This document shows positions 39,302 through 48,435 of a stretch of DNA of 64,000 nucleotides, one piece after another. The DNA comes from Methanobacteriota archaeon (GTDB lineage Archaea > JAADCQ01 > Methanopyri > Methanopyrales > Methanopyraceae). The notes under the pieces were generated by a model. It saw only the letters and a list, made by a program, of their open reading frames with translations. It was not told the origin of the DNA and ran no database searches. The DNA lies in NCBI GenBank assembly GCA_027064425.1, contig JAMOPO010000052.1, positions 128,001-192,000 on the forward strand. The letters are read 5' to 3'. How positions within the stretch are numbered: the first letter of the stretch is position 1; the number at the start of each line of letters is the position of its first letter. A program made the translations under genes and the position numbers.

Positions 39302-39529
39302 ATGACTCGGAAGGCCAGGGTCACGCTCACGCTCTCAGAGGACGCCCTGGCCCGGGTCCTGGCGGCCAAGGACGCGCTGGAGGGGGAGAGCATCTCCTCC
39401 ACGGTCGGCAAGCTGGTGAAGTTCGGGTTCGCCTACCTACGAGAGAAGTTCCCCGAGCTCTTCGAAGGCATCGACCTGGAGGAGTACCGCCACAAGGCCC
39501 GAGAGCGCTGGTTCAGCGAGCGGTCATAA
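39302..39529 (+). CDS. Ribbon-helix-helix (CopG/Arc-like) DNA-binding protein
   Basis: RVTLTLSED beta-strand, helix, SISSTVGKLVKFG helix. Confidence 0.6.
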   Translation: MTRKARVTLTLSEDALARVLAAKDALEGESISSTVGKLVKFGFAYLREKFPELFEGIDLEEYRHKARERWFSERS

Positions 39530-39530
39530 C

Positions 39531-39536
39531 TTTTAA
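39531..39536 (+). promoter_or_regulatory. Putative TATA box for argJ
   Basis: TTTTAA about 30 nt upstream of the argJ ATG. Confidence 0.5.
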
Positions 39537-39566
39537 CTCCCCGCCTCCCCACGCCCGGGGCGCCGC

Positions 39567-40730
39567 ATGGAGGTTCCCTCGGGCTTCCTGCTTGGCGGCG
39601 TGAAGCGGGACGTAGGCGTGGGCCTGCTGTTCTCCGAGACCAGGTGCTCGGTCGCGGGCGTATTCACGCGGAACACCCTCCGCGCCGCTCCCGTCGAATA
39701 CTCCGAGGAGGTGTGCTCCCGCGGGCGCGCCCGTGGAGTGATCGTCAACAGTGGCCACGCGAACGCTCTCACCGGCGAGGAGGGGATGCAGGACGTCCTC
39801 CGGATGGCCGACGGCGCCTCACGGCTGTTCGGGGTGCCCGACGACGAGGTTCTAGTGTGCTCGACCGGAGTCATCGGCGAGCGGCCGCCCGTGGACAGGA
39901 TCCTGAAGCTGGCCGAGGAGGTCTGGGAGTCCCGGATGGGGTCCGATCCGGAGCACGTCCGCGCCTTCAACGAGGCCATCATGACGACGGACACTCGGGA
40001 GAAGGTCTCGTCGTACTCCGGCGGCGACTGGTGCCTCCTCGGGGTGGCGAAGGGCGCCGGCATGATCCACCCGCGGATGTCGACCATGCTGGCCTTCCTG
40101 ATCACGGACGTCCGGGCCGCGTCCCACGATCTCCAGCCCGTGCTGCGAGACGCCGTCGAGGACACGTTCAACATGATCAGCGTGGACGCCGACGAGAGCA
40201 CCAACGACACCGTCCTCCTGATGGCCAACGGGGCGTCCGGGCTCGAGGTGGGCAGGGACGTGCCGGAGTCTGAGTTCGAGAAGGCCGTGAGGAAGGTGTG
40301 CGAGGACTTGGCCCGGGAGATCGCTCGGGACGGTGAGGGATCGACCAAGCTCCTGGAGGTGGAGGTGCGCGGGGCTCGGTCCCGGAAGGAGGCCAGAAGG
40401 GCTGCCAGGGCGGTGGTCTCCTCCAACCTGGTGAAGGCCGCCCTCTTCGGCGAGGACCCGAACTGGGGGAGGGTGGGCGCGGCGATCGGCGCCGCGCGGG
40501 TCGATGTCGACCCGAGCTCCCTCAAGATCATCTTCGAAAGCTCGGAGGGAAGGGTGGTAACCTACGACGGCGGTCCCGTCAAGTTCGATGAGGAGGAGGC
40601 GGCGCGGATTTTATCCGACCGAGAGGTCCGGATCGTGGTGGACCTGGGAGTGGGTGACGAGTCCGCCCGCGCCTGGGGGTGCGACCTGACCTACGATTAC
40701 GTCAAGATAAATGCCGAGTACCGCACGTGA
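39567..40730 (+). CDS. argJ: Glutamate N-acetyltransferase (ornithine acetyltransferase)
   Basis: [47 protein letters not shown]. Confidence 0.97.
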   Translation: MEVPSGFLLGGVKRDVGVGLLFSETRCSVAGVFTRNTLRAAPVEYSEEVCSRGRARGVIVNSGHANALTGEEGMQDVLRMADGASRLFGVPDDEVLVCSTGVIGERPPVDRILKLAEEVWESRMGSDPEHVRAFNEAIMTTDTREKVSSYSGGDWCLLGVAKGAGMIHPRMSTMLAFLITDVRAASHDLQPVLRDAVEDTFNMISVDADESTNDTVLLMANGASGLEVGRDVPESEFEKAVRKVCEDLAREIARDGEGSTKLLEVEVRGARSRKEARRAARAVVSSNLVKAALFGEDPNWGRVGAAIGAARVDVDPSSLKIIFESSEGRVVTYDGGPVKFDEEEAARILSDREVRIVVDLGVGDESARAWGCDLTYDYVKINAEYRT

Positions 40731-40759
40731 AGATCGGGCGCGCACAGGGGAAGCCCGCC

Positions 40760-41992
40760 GTGCCGGAGGAGATCATCGAGCTCAAGGGTCACATCATCGA
40801 CTCCCTGATCCTGTCCAAGGTGCTAGACACGATCATGGAGATGGGCGGGGACTTCGAGATCCTAGAGTTCGAGGTCGGAAAGCGCAAGACGGACCCCAGC
40901 TACGCCAAGATCCTTGTGAAGGCGGACGACCCCGACCACCTCAGCGAGATCATCACGGAGCTGAGAAAGTACGGCGCGGTGCCCGTCGAGTCGGACGAGG
41001 TCCGGGTGGAACCGGCCCCCGCCGACGGTGTCTGCCCGCGCGGCTTCTACACCACCACCAACCACCCGACCTTCGTGAAGTTCGACGGCGAGTGGATTGA
41101 GGTGGAAAACATCGAGATGGACTGCGCGATCGTGATCTACCCGGAGGAGAAGCGGGCCGTGGCCAAGCCCATCCGGGAGGTAAAGAAGGGCGAGCTGGTG
41201 GTGGTCGGGGACCGCGGGGTCAAGGTCAAGCCGCCGGAGCGACCGCGCGGTAGGACCGGCATCTTCGGGTTCATGGAGAGCGACGTGTCGCCCGAGAAGC
41301 CCACGCCCACCCTGATCCGTCAGATCGCCGAGGAGCTCGAGGAGCACCGGAAGAACGGCAAAATCGTCGTGGTGGTGGGGCCGGCCGTCATCCACGCCGG
41401 GGCCCGGGACCACCTCGCGTGGATGATCCGGAACGGATACGTGGACGTTCTCTTCGCGGGCAACGCGGTGGCCGTGCACGACGTGGAGGCGAGCCTGTTC
41501 GGGACCTCGCTGGGCGTGGACCTGGAGACGGGGGAGCCCGTGAAGGGCGGGCACAGCCACCACCTGTACGCGATCAACGAGATCCGCCGCGTGGGCGGCC
41601 TCAAGCAGGCGGTGGAGAAGGGGATTCTGAAGGACGGGATCATGTACGAGTGCATCGTGAACGACGTGCCCTACGTCCTGGCGGGCTCGATCCGGGACGA
41701 CGGACCCATCCCGGACGTGATCACCGACGTCATGGAGGCGCAGAAGGAGATGCGGCGCCACCTGCGCGGAGCCACGCTGGTCCTCATGCTCGCCACGATG
41801 CTGCACTCGATCGCCACCGGGAACCTGCTGCCGTCCTGGGTGAAGACCATCTGCGTGGACATCAACCCGGCCGTGGTCACGAAGCTCATGGATCGAGGCA
41901 CGGCGCAGGCGCTGGGGATAGTGTCGGACGTGGGGGTGTTCCTGCCGGAGCTGGTGAAGGAGCTCAAGAAGATTCGGAACGACGGCGAGTAG
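40760..41992 (+). CDS. LOR/SDH-domain (TIGR00300-type) protein, probable ornithine cyclodeaminase
   Basis: [54 protein letters not shown]; follows argJ. Confidence 0.85.
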   Translation: MPEEIIELKGHIIDSLILSKVLDTIMEMGGDFEILEFEVGKRKTDPSYAKILVKADDPDHLSEIITELRKYGAVPVESDEVRVEPAPADGVCPRGFYTTTNHPTFVKFDGEWIEVENIEMDCAIVIYPEEKRAVAKPIREVKKGELVVVGDRGVKVKPPERPRGRTGIFGFMESDVSPEKPTPTLIRQIAEELEEHRKNGKIVVVVGPAVIHAGARDHLAWMIRNGYVDVLFAGNAVAVHDVEASLFGTSLGVDLETGEPVKGGHSHHLYAINEIRRVGGLKQAVEKGILKDGIMYECIVNDVPYVLAGSIRDDGPIPDVITDVMEAQKEMRRHLRGATLVLMLATMLHSIATGNLLPSWVKTICVDINPAVVTKLMDRGTAQALGIVSDVGVFLPELVKELKKIRNDGE

Positions 41993-42251
41993 GTCGCCCC
42001 GGGCCGGAGAACTCCTCCACTCTCTTCTCGAGAAGCTCCTCCATCACTTTTTTAGCCTCTTTTAACGCCTCTTTGGTGCCCCTGAACGCCAGTACGGTGG
42101 TCTTCATACCTCCCCGCTCCAGCTCCCGCTGGACGACTTTCACGTCGCACCTCCGCTCGACTTCGGCGATGATGTCAGCCGGCACGCCTAATGGGATGAT
42201 CATGTCGTACTTTTTGGCGTCCTTCTCCTCACCATCGCCGTTCTCGCTCAC
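41964..42251 (-). CDS. Small conserved hypothetical protein
   Basis: [10 protein letters not shown]...LAFRG..E.L pattern. Confidence 0.6.
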   Translation of the reverse strand: MSENGDGEEKDAKKYDMIIPLGVPADIIAEVERRCDVKVVQRELERGGMKTTVLAFRGTKEALKEAKKVMEELLEKRVEEFSGPGRPTRRRSESS

Positions 42252-42280
42252 GGCGAGATCCCCGACGGGGGTGTGAAAGG

Positions 42281-43249
42281 TTGGCGGAAAAAGGTAGCGG
42301 GCCCAAGAAGAAGGGCGGAAAGGAGGACCGCGAGCGCGAGCGGATCACGGTGAAGTCCAGGCACTACGAGATGCCATTCTCACGCGGGGTCTTGGCCCGA
42401 TCACTCACGGCCATCGGCGTGGAACCGCACAAAGCCTACGAGATCGCCCTGAAGATCAAGCGCGAGCTGCAGAAGGAGGGAGTCCGCGAGATCACCACGG
42501 ACGAGCTGGCCGAGATCATCCGGGAGAAGCTCGAGGAGATCGACGAGTCGCTGGCCGAGCGGTACGAGCTCTGGCGCCGGATCAAGAAGCGCGAGGAGCC
42601 GATCATCGTGCTGATCGGCGGTGCTTCCGGCGTCGGGACCTCCACGATCGCCGCCGAGGTCGGCCACCGACTCGGCATCACGAACGTGATCGGCACGGAC
42701 GCCATCCGCGAGGTCATGCGCCGCGTGCTGGCCGAGGAGCTGTACCCGACCCTCTACGAGTCCTCGTACACCGCCTGGAAGCGGCTACGGTACAAGCCCG
42801 CCGAGGACCCCGTGATCACCGGGTTCCTGGACCACTCGGAGCCCGTCGTCGTGGGCATTGAAGGCGTTGTCAACCGCTCGATCAACGAGGGCATCCACGT
42901 GATCATCGAGGGCGTGCACATCGTCCCACGGCTCCTCAAGAAGGAGATCCTCAACTACCCGAACGTGTTCGCCTTCATGCTGGCCGTGGAGGACGAGGAG
43001 GCGCACAAGTGGCGATTCTACGCGAGGTCCCGTGACACCAAGCTGTCCCGCCCGGCCGAGCGGTACCTGAAGTACTTCGAGGAGATCCGGAAGATCCACG
43101 ACTTCCTGGTCGAGGACGCGGAGGAGCACGACATCCCGGTGATCAACAACGAGCATATCGACGAGACGGTCGACCAGATCGTGAGCTACATATCATCCAA
43201 GCTGCTGAAGGGTGAGAAGGAGCTGTCGAAGAGCACATCCTGGTGGTGA
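42281..43249 (+). CDS. pgk2: 2-phosphoglycerate kinase (ATP-cone plus P-loop)
   Basis: MPFSRGVLARSL ATP cone, GGASGVGTST, TD.IREVMR, IEGVH. Confidence 0.93.
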   Translation: MAEKGSGPKKKGGKEDRERERITVKSRHYEMPFSRGVLARSLTAIGVEPHKAYEIALKIKRELQKEGVREITTDELAEIIREKLEEIDESLAERYELWRRIKKREEPIIVLIGGASGVGTSTIAAEVGHRLGITNVIGTDAIREVMRRVLAEELYPTLYESSYTAWKRLRYKPAEDPVITGFLDHSEPVVVGIEGVVNRSINEGIHVIIEGVHIVPRLLKKEILNYPNVFAFMLAVEDEEAHKWRFYARSRDTKLSRPAERYLKYFEEIRKIHDFLVEDAEEHDIPVINNEHIDETVDQIVSYISSKLLKGEKELSKSTSWW

Positions 43250-43253
43250 GCCC

Positions 43254-43676
43254 ATGAGCCTGCTGGAGGACCTCGAGCGGTGCCGGGCCGAGGATCTCAT
43301 GACGGAGGACCCGATCACCGCCTCCCCGGACGACGGGGTCATCGAGGCCTTCGAGACCATGCTCAGGAACGACATCGGGGCGCTCCCCGTCACGGACGAC
43401 GAGAACCACCTGCTGGGCATCGTCACTCGCACCGACCTCGGGAAGGCGCTCCTCGAGGACCGGTACGAGCCGGGGACCACCGTCGAAGAGGTCATGGAGG
43501 AGGACGTGGTGGTGGCGCACCCCGACGACGATCTCCGTACCGTCCTGAAAAAGATGTGTTCCGCGCCCGAGGGCATCTACAACCAGCTGCCCGTGGTGGA
43601 CGATAACGGACGGCTCTTAGGTATCATCGCGGATGGGGACATCATCAGGTGGCTCGCCAGTCGAGTGGAGAAGTAG
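43254..43676 (+). CDS. CBS-domain protein
   Basis: Two CBS repeats (LPV.D...LLGIV/I). Confidence 0.9.
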   Translation: MSLLEDLERCRAEDLMTEDPITASPDDGVIEAFETMLRNDIGALPVTDDENHLLGIVTRTDLGKALLEDRYEPGTTVEEVMEEDVVVAHPDDDLRTVLKKMCSAPEGIYNQLPVVDDNGRLLGIIADGDIIRWLASRVEK

Positions 43677-43678
43677 AA

Positions 43679-43897
43679 GTGAAGCTGAGCGAGCGGCCCC
43701 CGAGGGAGCTCTCAGAGCTGCTTCAAGATCACGGTCTTACGGTGCGGGACGACGGTCGGACCGTGCTCATCCGTGGGTCCAAGGACGATCTGCTGGAGGC
43801 CCTGCTGAACGTCCCACCGAAGCTGTCCATGTCTTCCCGAAAAGTCATCAAAGAGCTGTGGAGGGCGCTGGGAGCGGACCGACCGCGGCTCCGCTAG
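43679..43897 (+). CDS. Small hypothetical protein
   Basis: GTG immediately after the CBS gene stop. Confidence 0.5.
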   Translation: MKLSERPPRELSELLQDHGLTVRDDGRTVLIRGSKDDLLEALLNVPPKLSMSSRKVIKELWRALGADRPRLR

Positions 43898-44781
43898 AAC
43901 ACCGAGTAGCTACCCTTCACCACCGAATTGTCCACCAGGAAGACCCGCTGCCGGCCCCCCATGTTGGACATCCAGAGCCAGAGCTCAACGCTGCCGCTCT
44001 TGGCGTGTTCCGGCAGGACCATCGCGGGCACCGTTCGACCCTCGAAGTTCACCGTCCGGCTCCCGATCTTCTCCTCGCCCGGGCCCAGCAGGGTGACGCT
44101 CACCCTACCCAGCTGTACCGTAAGCTGCTCTAGCACCAGACAGCCTCTGGCCCCCGTCTCCTTCAGCGCCCGCTCGATCTGCCGCTTGACCTCCACGTGC
44201 TTCCCGTCGCTAACGTTGCACAGGACCCGCCCGATCACCGCGTTGTATCGGACTTTAACGTCCGGACCGTCCATGACCCGGCGGCCGAGCTCCCGCCTAA
44301 CCGCCTCCTTCACGCGCTTCGCGTCGGGCTTGCCGTCGTACGAGGCCTGGAACATGAACACGGATCCCTTGATTACCACGCTCCGCTGCGCCATCACCTT
44401 GTCCTTCAGCGCCTTCTCCACGTCCTTCCTGGCCTGATTGGGGTCCATCGTGATCGGCACCAGGGCGTCAACGATCACGACCTCCTGGCCGGCCAGCTTC
44501 GTTTTCTGCGCGGAGACTCTCTCCACGCCCTCGACGCCCTCCACCACCTTCTTCAGGTCCCGCTCCGACACCCCGGGCTTAGGTACGGTCAGGACCCGGA
44601 CGATCGACACCTGATAGTCGCGCACGATCCTCGCCTTCACGACGCCCTCCGCCGCGGCCACCTGGGTCGCCTGCCCGGTGAGGGTGAACGTGGGGATGGC
44701 GGACAGAACCATCATCGCGGCCAGGAACAGGATGCCGCCCACCACGATCGTGCGTCGGTGTCGGCGAATCCAGTCGAACAC
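43894..44781 (-). CDS. Hypothetical membrane-anchored protein with repeated ferredoxin-like modules
   Basis: N-terminal basic stretch plus TM; repeated beta-alpha units. Confidence 0.65.
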   Translation of the reverse strand: MFDWIRRHRRTIVVGGILFLAAMMVLSAIPTFTLTGQATQVAAAEGVVKARIVRDYQVSIVRVLTVPKPGVSERDLKKVVEGVEGVERVSAQKTKLAGQEVVIVDALVPITMDPNQARKDVEKALKDKVMAQRSVVIKGSVFMFQASYDGKPDAKRVKEAVRRELGRRVMDGPDVKVRYNAVIGRVLCNVSDGKHVEVKRQIERALKETGARGCLVLEQLTVQLGRVSVTLLGPGEEKIGSRTVNFEGRTVPAMVLPEHAKSGSVELWLWMSNMGGRQRVFLVDNSVVKGSYSVF

Positions 44782-44784
44782 GGC

Positions 44785-45339
44785 TCACTCCCCCGCGCGC
44801 TCCATGAGCATCTCCAGGTAGGACTTCCGGATCCGCTCGCCCTCGGCCCCCAGCTCCTCCGCCAGCCGACGGAGGTCCTTCTCCGCCCGCTCAATCTCGG
44901 AGCGGTCCTTCACGGAGCACTCCAGCTCCAGGAACGTCCCCAACCCCTCGACCTCGTCCAGCGTCACCTCAACCTCCCGTCCCGCGAACTTCACCCGGTA
45001 CACCTCCCGTCGTTTCTTAACCTTCACCCGCTCCAGCGGCTCGAACCCTAGTTTTCGCAAAATTTTGTCCATGGCCCCGAAGTCCTCCACCTCGACCTCC
45101 ACCTCCTCCCGGGACTTCTCCTCCCCCACCCGGGGCCCCTTGTACGTCAGGACGGTCCGATCGCCCGCCCGGCGCAGGCGTAGCGCCTCGTCCGTCTCCC
45201 CGAAGTCCCTGCACGGGTGCTGGTAGTACAGGTCCACCTGCTCCACCTCGCCCTCAGGCTCGCCCATCTCCCGGAGCCTCTCCCTGACCTCCTCCGGGTT
45301 CTCGACCGCTATCTTCACCTCCACCTCGAACACGCCCAC
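44785..45339 (-). CDS. cyaB: CYTH-domain protein (class IV adenylate cyclase-like / triphosphatase)
   Basis: EVEVK, DLYY, ALRLR, LTYKGP, KKRR, LDEVEGLGTFLELE, SYLE. Confidence 0.92.
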   Translation of the reverse strand: MGVFEVEVKIAVENPEEVRERLREMGEPEGEVEQVDLYYQHPCRDFGETDEALRLRRAGDRTVLTYKGPRVGEEKSREEVEVEVEDFGAMDKILRKLGFEPLERVKVKKRREVYRVKFAGREVEVTLDEVEGLGTFLELECSVKDRSEIERAEKDLRRLAEELGAEGERIRKSYLEMLMERAGE

Positions 45340-46498
45340 TCCCCCGCAACAGCTCGGTCAGGAACCCCGGATTAACGGAAAGGTAGCCCAGGACCGCGCC
45401 GAGCGCCGCCGGCACGGCGCAGTCGATCCCGAAGAGCTCCATCACCAGCACCGCGGCCGAGACCGGGGCGTCGAAGGCCACCGCCAGGAACGCGGACATG
45501 GAGGCTGCGACCGCCGCCGGTGCGGGCAGCCCCACCGCCTCGCGGACGGCGGACCCGAAGAAGGCCGACGCGCACACGACTGGCGAGACGAAGCCCGCCG
45601 GCACGCCGCTCCCCAGGGTGAGCGACGTGGCCGCGACCTTGCCCAGGAACGCCAGCAGCGACTCGGCCGGCCCCATCCGCCCCATCGCCGCCGAGGACGC
45701 CCAGTCCAGTCCTAACCCCGTGGCCTGCGGGACCACCAACCCCAGCGCCGCCACCGACAGTCCGGCGAGCAGTGATCGGGCCTCCGACCTGGGGATCCTG
45801 TGCAGCCATCGGTAAACGACCTGGACCGCGAGCACCAGCCCCCGTGCGGCCGCGGCCGAGACCAGCCCCACGACTGTCAATTTAGGCAGGTCCACCCAGG
45901 AGTAAGCGTACGGGGCGTGGGCCGTCAGCAGGTAGCGCTTCCCCAGGATCAGGCAGTAGACCGTGTACCCGGTGACGCTGGCGACGACGGCGGGCGGCAG
46001 GCACGCGTACCTCAGCCTCCCCGTGAGCGCCTCCAGCGCGAACAGGGCGGCGGCGACCGGGGCGCAGAGGACGCCGGCCACGCCGCCGGACGCGGCCGCG
46101 GCCACCAGCCACTCCCGCCGCAGCCCGGTCAGGCCCCACCGATCCGCGCACCACCGACCCAGGGACACGCAGGATTGCACGCAGGGGCCCACCTGGCCCC
46201 CGCTACCGCCCGCCCCGATCACGACCCCGGCCAGCAGGAGCTTGAGCGCGCCGGCCACCGGGTTCCTGGCCTCTCCGCGCCGAGCGACGTCCAGGCCCGT
46301 GCCTGGGAGCTCCGGATGCAGCGAGCTCAGGGCTCCGGCAAGCGCCATTACCACCGGCGTCAGCCACCCTGATCCGCCCGACAGCCGGCTCACGACCGCG
46401 ATGGTCCAGGTGATGGCGGAGGCGCACAGTCCGCCGGCAGCCCCCAGGGCCAGGGTCGCCGCCGTCCACCGCACCGCTAACGTTAGATCGGTCCGCAG
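45254..46498 (-). CDS. CLC-family chloride channel/transporter; probable CTG start
   Basis: GSGGQVGP, AGV.CAPVAA.LF.LE, GSG..AGF..P, APVS..VLVMELFG. Confidence 0.85.
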   Translation of the reverse strand: MRTDLTLAVRWTAATLALGAAGGLCASAITWTIAVVSRLSGGSGWLTPVVMALAGALSSLHPELPGTGLDVARRGEARNPVAGALKLLLAGVVIGAGGSGGQVGPCVQSCVSLGRWCADRWGLTGLRREWLVAAAASGGVAGVLCAPVAAALFALEALTGRLRYACLPPAVVASVTGYTVYCLILGKRYLLTAHAPYAYSWVDLPKLTVVGLVSAAAARGLVLAVQVVYRWLHRIPRSEARSLLAGLSVAALGLVVPQATGLGLDWASSAAMGRMGPAESLLAFLGKVAATSLTLGSGVPAGFVSPVVCASAFFGSAVREAVGLPAPAAVAASMSAFLAVAFDAPVSAAVLVMELFGIDCAVPAALGAVLGYLSVNPGFLTELLRGSGRVRGGGEDSGREPGGGQGEAPGDGRA

Positions 46499-46523
46499 GG
46501 CCGACCCCTCCCGGGGCCGGGTG

Positions 46524-46853
46524 ATGGGGTGGGAGCTGAGGGTCGAGCGGCGCTGGGATGAGACCGTCTGCGGTCGGGTCCGGGAGCTGTACTCCAACGA
46601 GGACTTCTCACTAGCGGAGGTCGTGGTGGATGGGGAGGGTGAGGAGCACTACCACGAGCGGACTCTGGAGGTCTATTACGTGCTCGAGGGGCGCGGTCGC
46701 GTTCACGTGAACGGGCGCCCCGTGGACGTGCGGCCTGGGGACGTGATCGTCCTGGAACCTGGGGTAAGGCATAAGGTGGAGGGCAAGCTCAGGCTCCTCG
46801 TCGCGTGCTCGCCCCCGTTCGATCCGGACGACGTGCACGTGGAGGAGGGATGA
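46524..46853 (+). CDS. Cupin-domain protein
   Basis: HYHERTLEVYYVLEGRG, PGDVI...PGVRH. Confidence 0.88.
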   Translation: MGWELRVERRWDETVCGRVRELYSNEDFSLAEVVVDGEGEEHYHERTLEVYYVLEGRGRVHVNGRPVDVRPGDVIVLEPGVRHKVEGKLRLLVACSPPFDPDDVHVEEG

Positions 46854-46884
46854 TGAGCTAAGCCTACGCCGACCCGGGCCGGGA

Positions 46885-47187
46885 GTGATGGAACGGGTGA
46901 GCTGCCTGACCTCCCGGGTTCGAGTCATCCTGCGGCTCCGGGTACCGGAGGAGGTGATCCGATCCCTCGACCCGGACTCGGACCCCTGGTGCTCCGTGCG
47001 CGACCGAACGATCCGGATTCGAGGGGACGGGTTCGGGCCCGTGAAGCACGCCACCGACGACGTGCTCCGGTGCGTGAAGGCTGGCCTGTCGGCGGTGAGG
47101 GTGGCGGAGGATGCAGCCGCTGACGAGGAGGAACAAGGACGAGCACCCGGCCGTGACCGATCCGGACACGACGATCATCCTGGGTGA
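46885..47187 (+). CDS. Pcc1-like (KEOPS subunit) small protein
   Basis: SLDPD...IRIRGD....KHATDDVLR.VK pattern; start uncertain. Confidence 0.4.
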   Translation: MMERVSCLTSRVRVILRLRVPEEVIRSLDPDSDPWCSVRDRTIRIRGDGFGPVKHATDDVLRCVKAGLSAVRVAEDAAADEEEQGRAPGRDRSGHDDHPG

Positions 47188-47818
47188 CGTTCAGGCGACC
47201 CCGGACTGCGTGATCGGCGAGCGCGTCCGGCTGGGTCCCGACGTGGAGATGCGCGGGGCGTTGATCTCCGGGGAGTCCGTGGTCTACAACTCGGAGCTCG
47301 AGGGGTGCGCGGTGGGCAAGAGGACGACCGTCACGGGCCGGGTTTCGGAGGGCGTCACGATCCACCACGGCTCCGTCCTCGGGCAGCTGAAGGTCAGTGG
47401 GGACATCGAACCCCCCGTCATCGGGTCCGGAGCCTTCGTGGGACCGGGGGTCTCTCTGCTTCCCGGCACCGAGGTGGGCGAGGAGGCCGTGCTCCTCCCG
47501 AACAGCGTGGTGACCGAGCGCGTCCCCCGCCGCGGCGTGGTGGGCGGGAACCCCGCGATGCCTCGCGGCGTGGTCGTGGACGTGGAGCGGGTGGAGGTCG
47601 AGTTCGACGGATCGGAGTTCGAGGTCGAGGGACGCCGGGGGCGCGCCTTCGATCTCAGGCTAACTGACGGCGGGCTGGAGGTCGAGGAGGACCGCCCCCA
47701 CGAGTTCGGGGTGATCGCCGAGAAGCGGCCGAGGATCGTCCGGCTGGGACACGCGATCGAGCTGCCGCGGCGGCCCTTCACCTTCCCCCTCTACGTGCTC
47801 CAGCTGAAGACCAAGTAG
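47111..47818 (+). CDS. Left-handed beta-helix (hexapeptide repeat) acyltransferase-like protein
   Basis: VIGERVRLG, PVIGSGAFVGPGVSLLPG.EVGEEA....SVVT..VP....GGNPA. Confidence 0.8.
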   Translation: MQPLTRRNKDEHPAVTDPDTTIILGDVQATPDCVIGERVRLGPDVEMRGALISGESVVYNSELEGCAVGKRTTVTGRVSEGVTIHHGSVLGQLKVSGDIEPPVIGSGAFVGPGVSLLPGTEVGEEAVLLPNSVVTERVPRRGVVGGNPAMPRGVVVDVERVEVEFDGSEFEVEGRRGRAFDLRLTDGGLEVEEDRPHEFGVIAEKRPRIVRLGHAIELPRRPFTFPLYVLQLKTK

Positions 47819-47829
47819 GGGGACCGCCG

Positions 47830-48435
47830 GTGCCCGTCCGCGACTCGGTCCTCATTGACACGGAGGTGGAGGAGGGCCTGGTCATTGGGAGCGTCCTGGA
47901 GGGTTGCGAGGTTCGGAGGGCGGCGGTCGTAGGAACCGTGGCCCACGGGGAGCGGTTCGAGGGGACGGTGGTGGTCGGCGGACGGCCCACCGACGGTGAG
48001 GTGACGGTTGTTCCCGTCCGCGCCGGTGAGTGGGGGGCCGCGTCCGGCGAGGACGAGGTGAGCGTCCCGGACTCGGACGGTGAGGACGTTCTCGCGATCG
48101 TGGCGGACGTGAGCGCGATGGGGCTGCTCCGCGATCTCCTGAAGATCGAGCCGCGACGGGTGGGGCACCACGCTCTCTTCACGTTCTCGGGCTCGCTGCC
48201 GGCCCGGCTCAGGAGGCGCCTGGTGGGGAACCTGGACCTGTTCCGGGAGTGCTGCCCGTGCGCCTACCTGCGAGTTAGCGGCACCGTCATCGCTTTCCGG
48301 GGCGGCAAGCAGGTCTTCGATGAGCCCGGGGAGGTCGAGTATCGGGACGTGCTGGTCGTGCGGGACGGCAGGCCGGTGCTGTCGGCCTGGAAGGCGGCGA
48401 CGAAGAGCGTGATCTCCGAGCTGGGGGCCGGGTGA
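47830..48435 (+). CDS. Hypothetical protein; N-terminal beta-helix-like repeats, possible CitD/MdcC-like carrier segment
   Basis: GAASGEDEV (Ser72) and GSLPARLRRRL about 50 aa apart; GTGA-coupled to the citG-like gene. Confidence 0.55.
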   Translation: MPVRDSVLIDTEVEEGLVIGSVLEGCEVRRAAVVGTVAHGERFEGTVVVGGRPTDGEVTVVPVRAGEWGAASGEDEVSVPDSDGEDVLAIVADVSAMGLLRDLLKIEPRRVGHHALFTFSGSLPARLRRRLVGNLDLFRECCPCAYLRVSGTVIAFRGGKQVFDEPGEVEYRDVLVVRDGRPVLSAWKAATKSVISELGAG

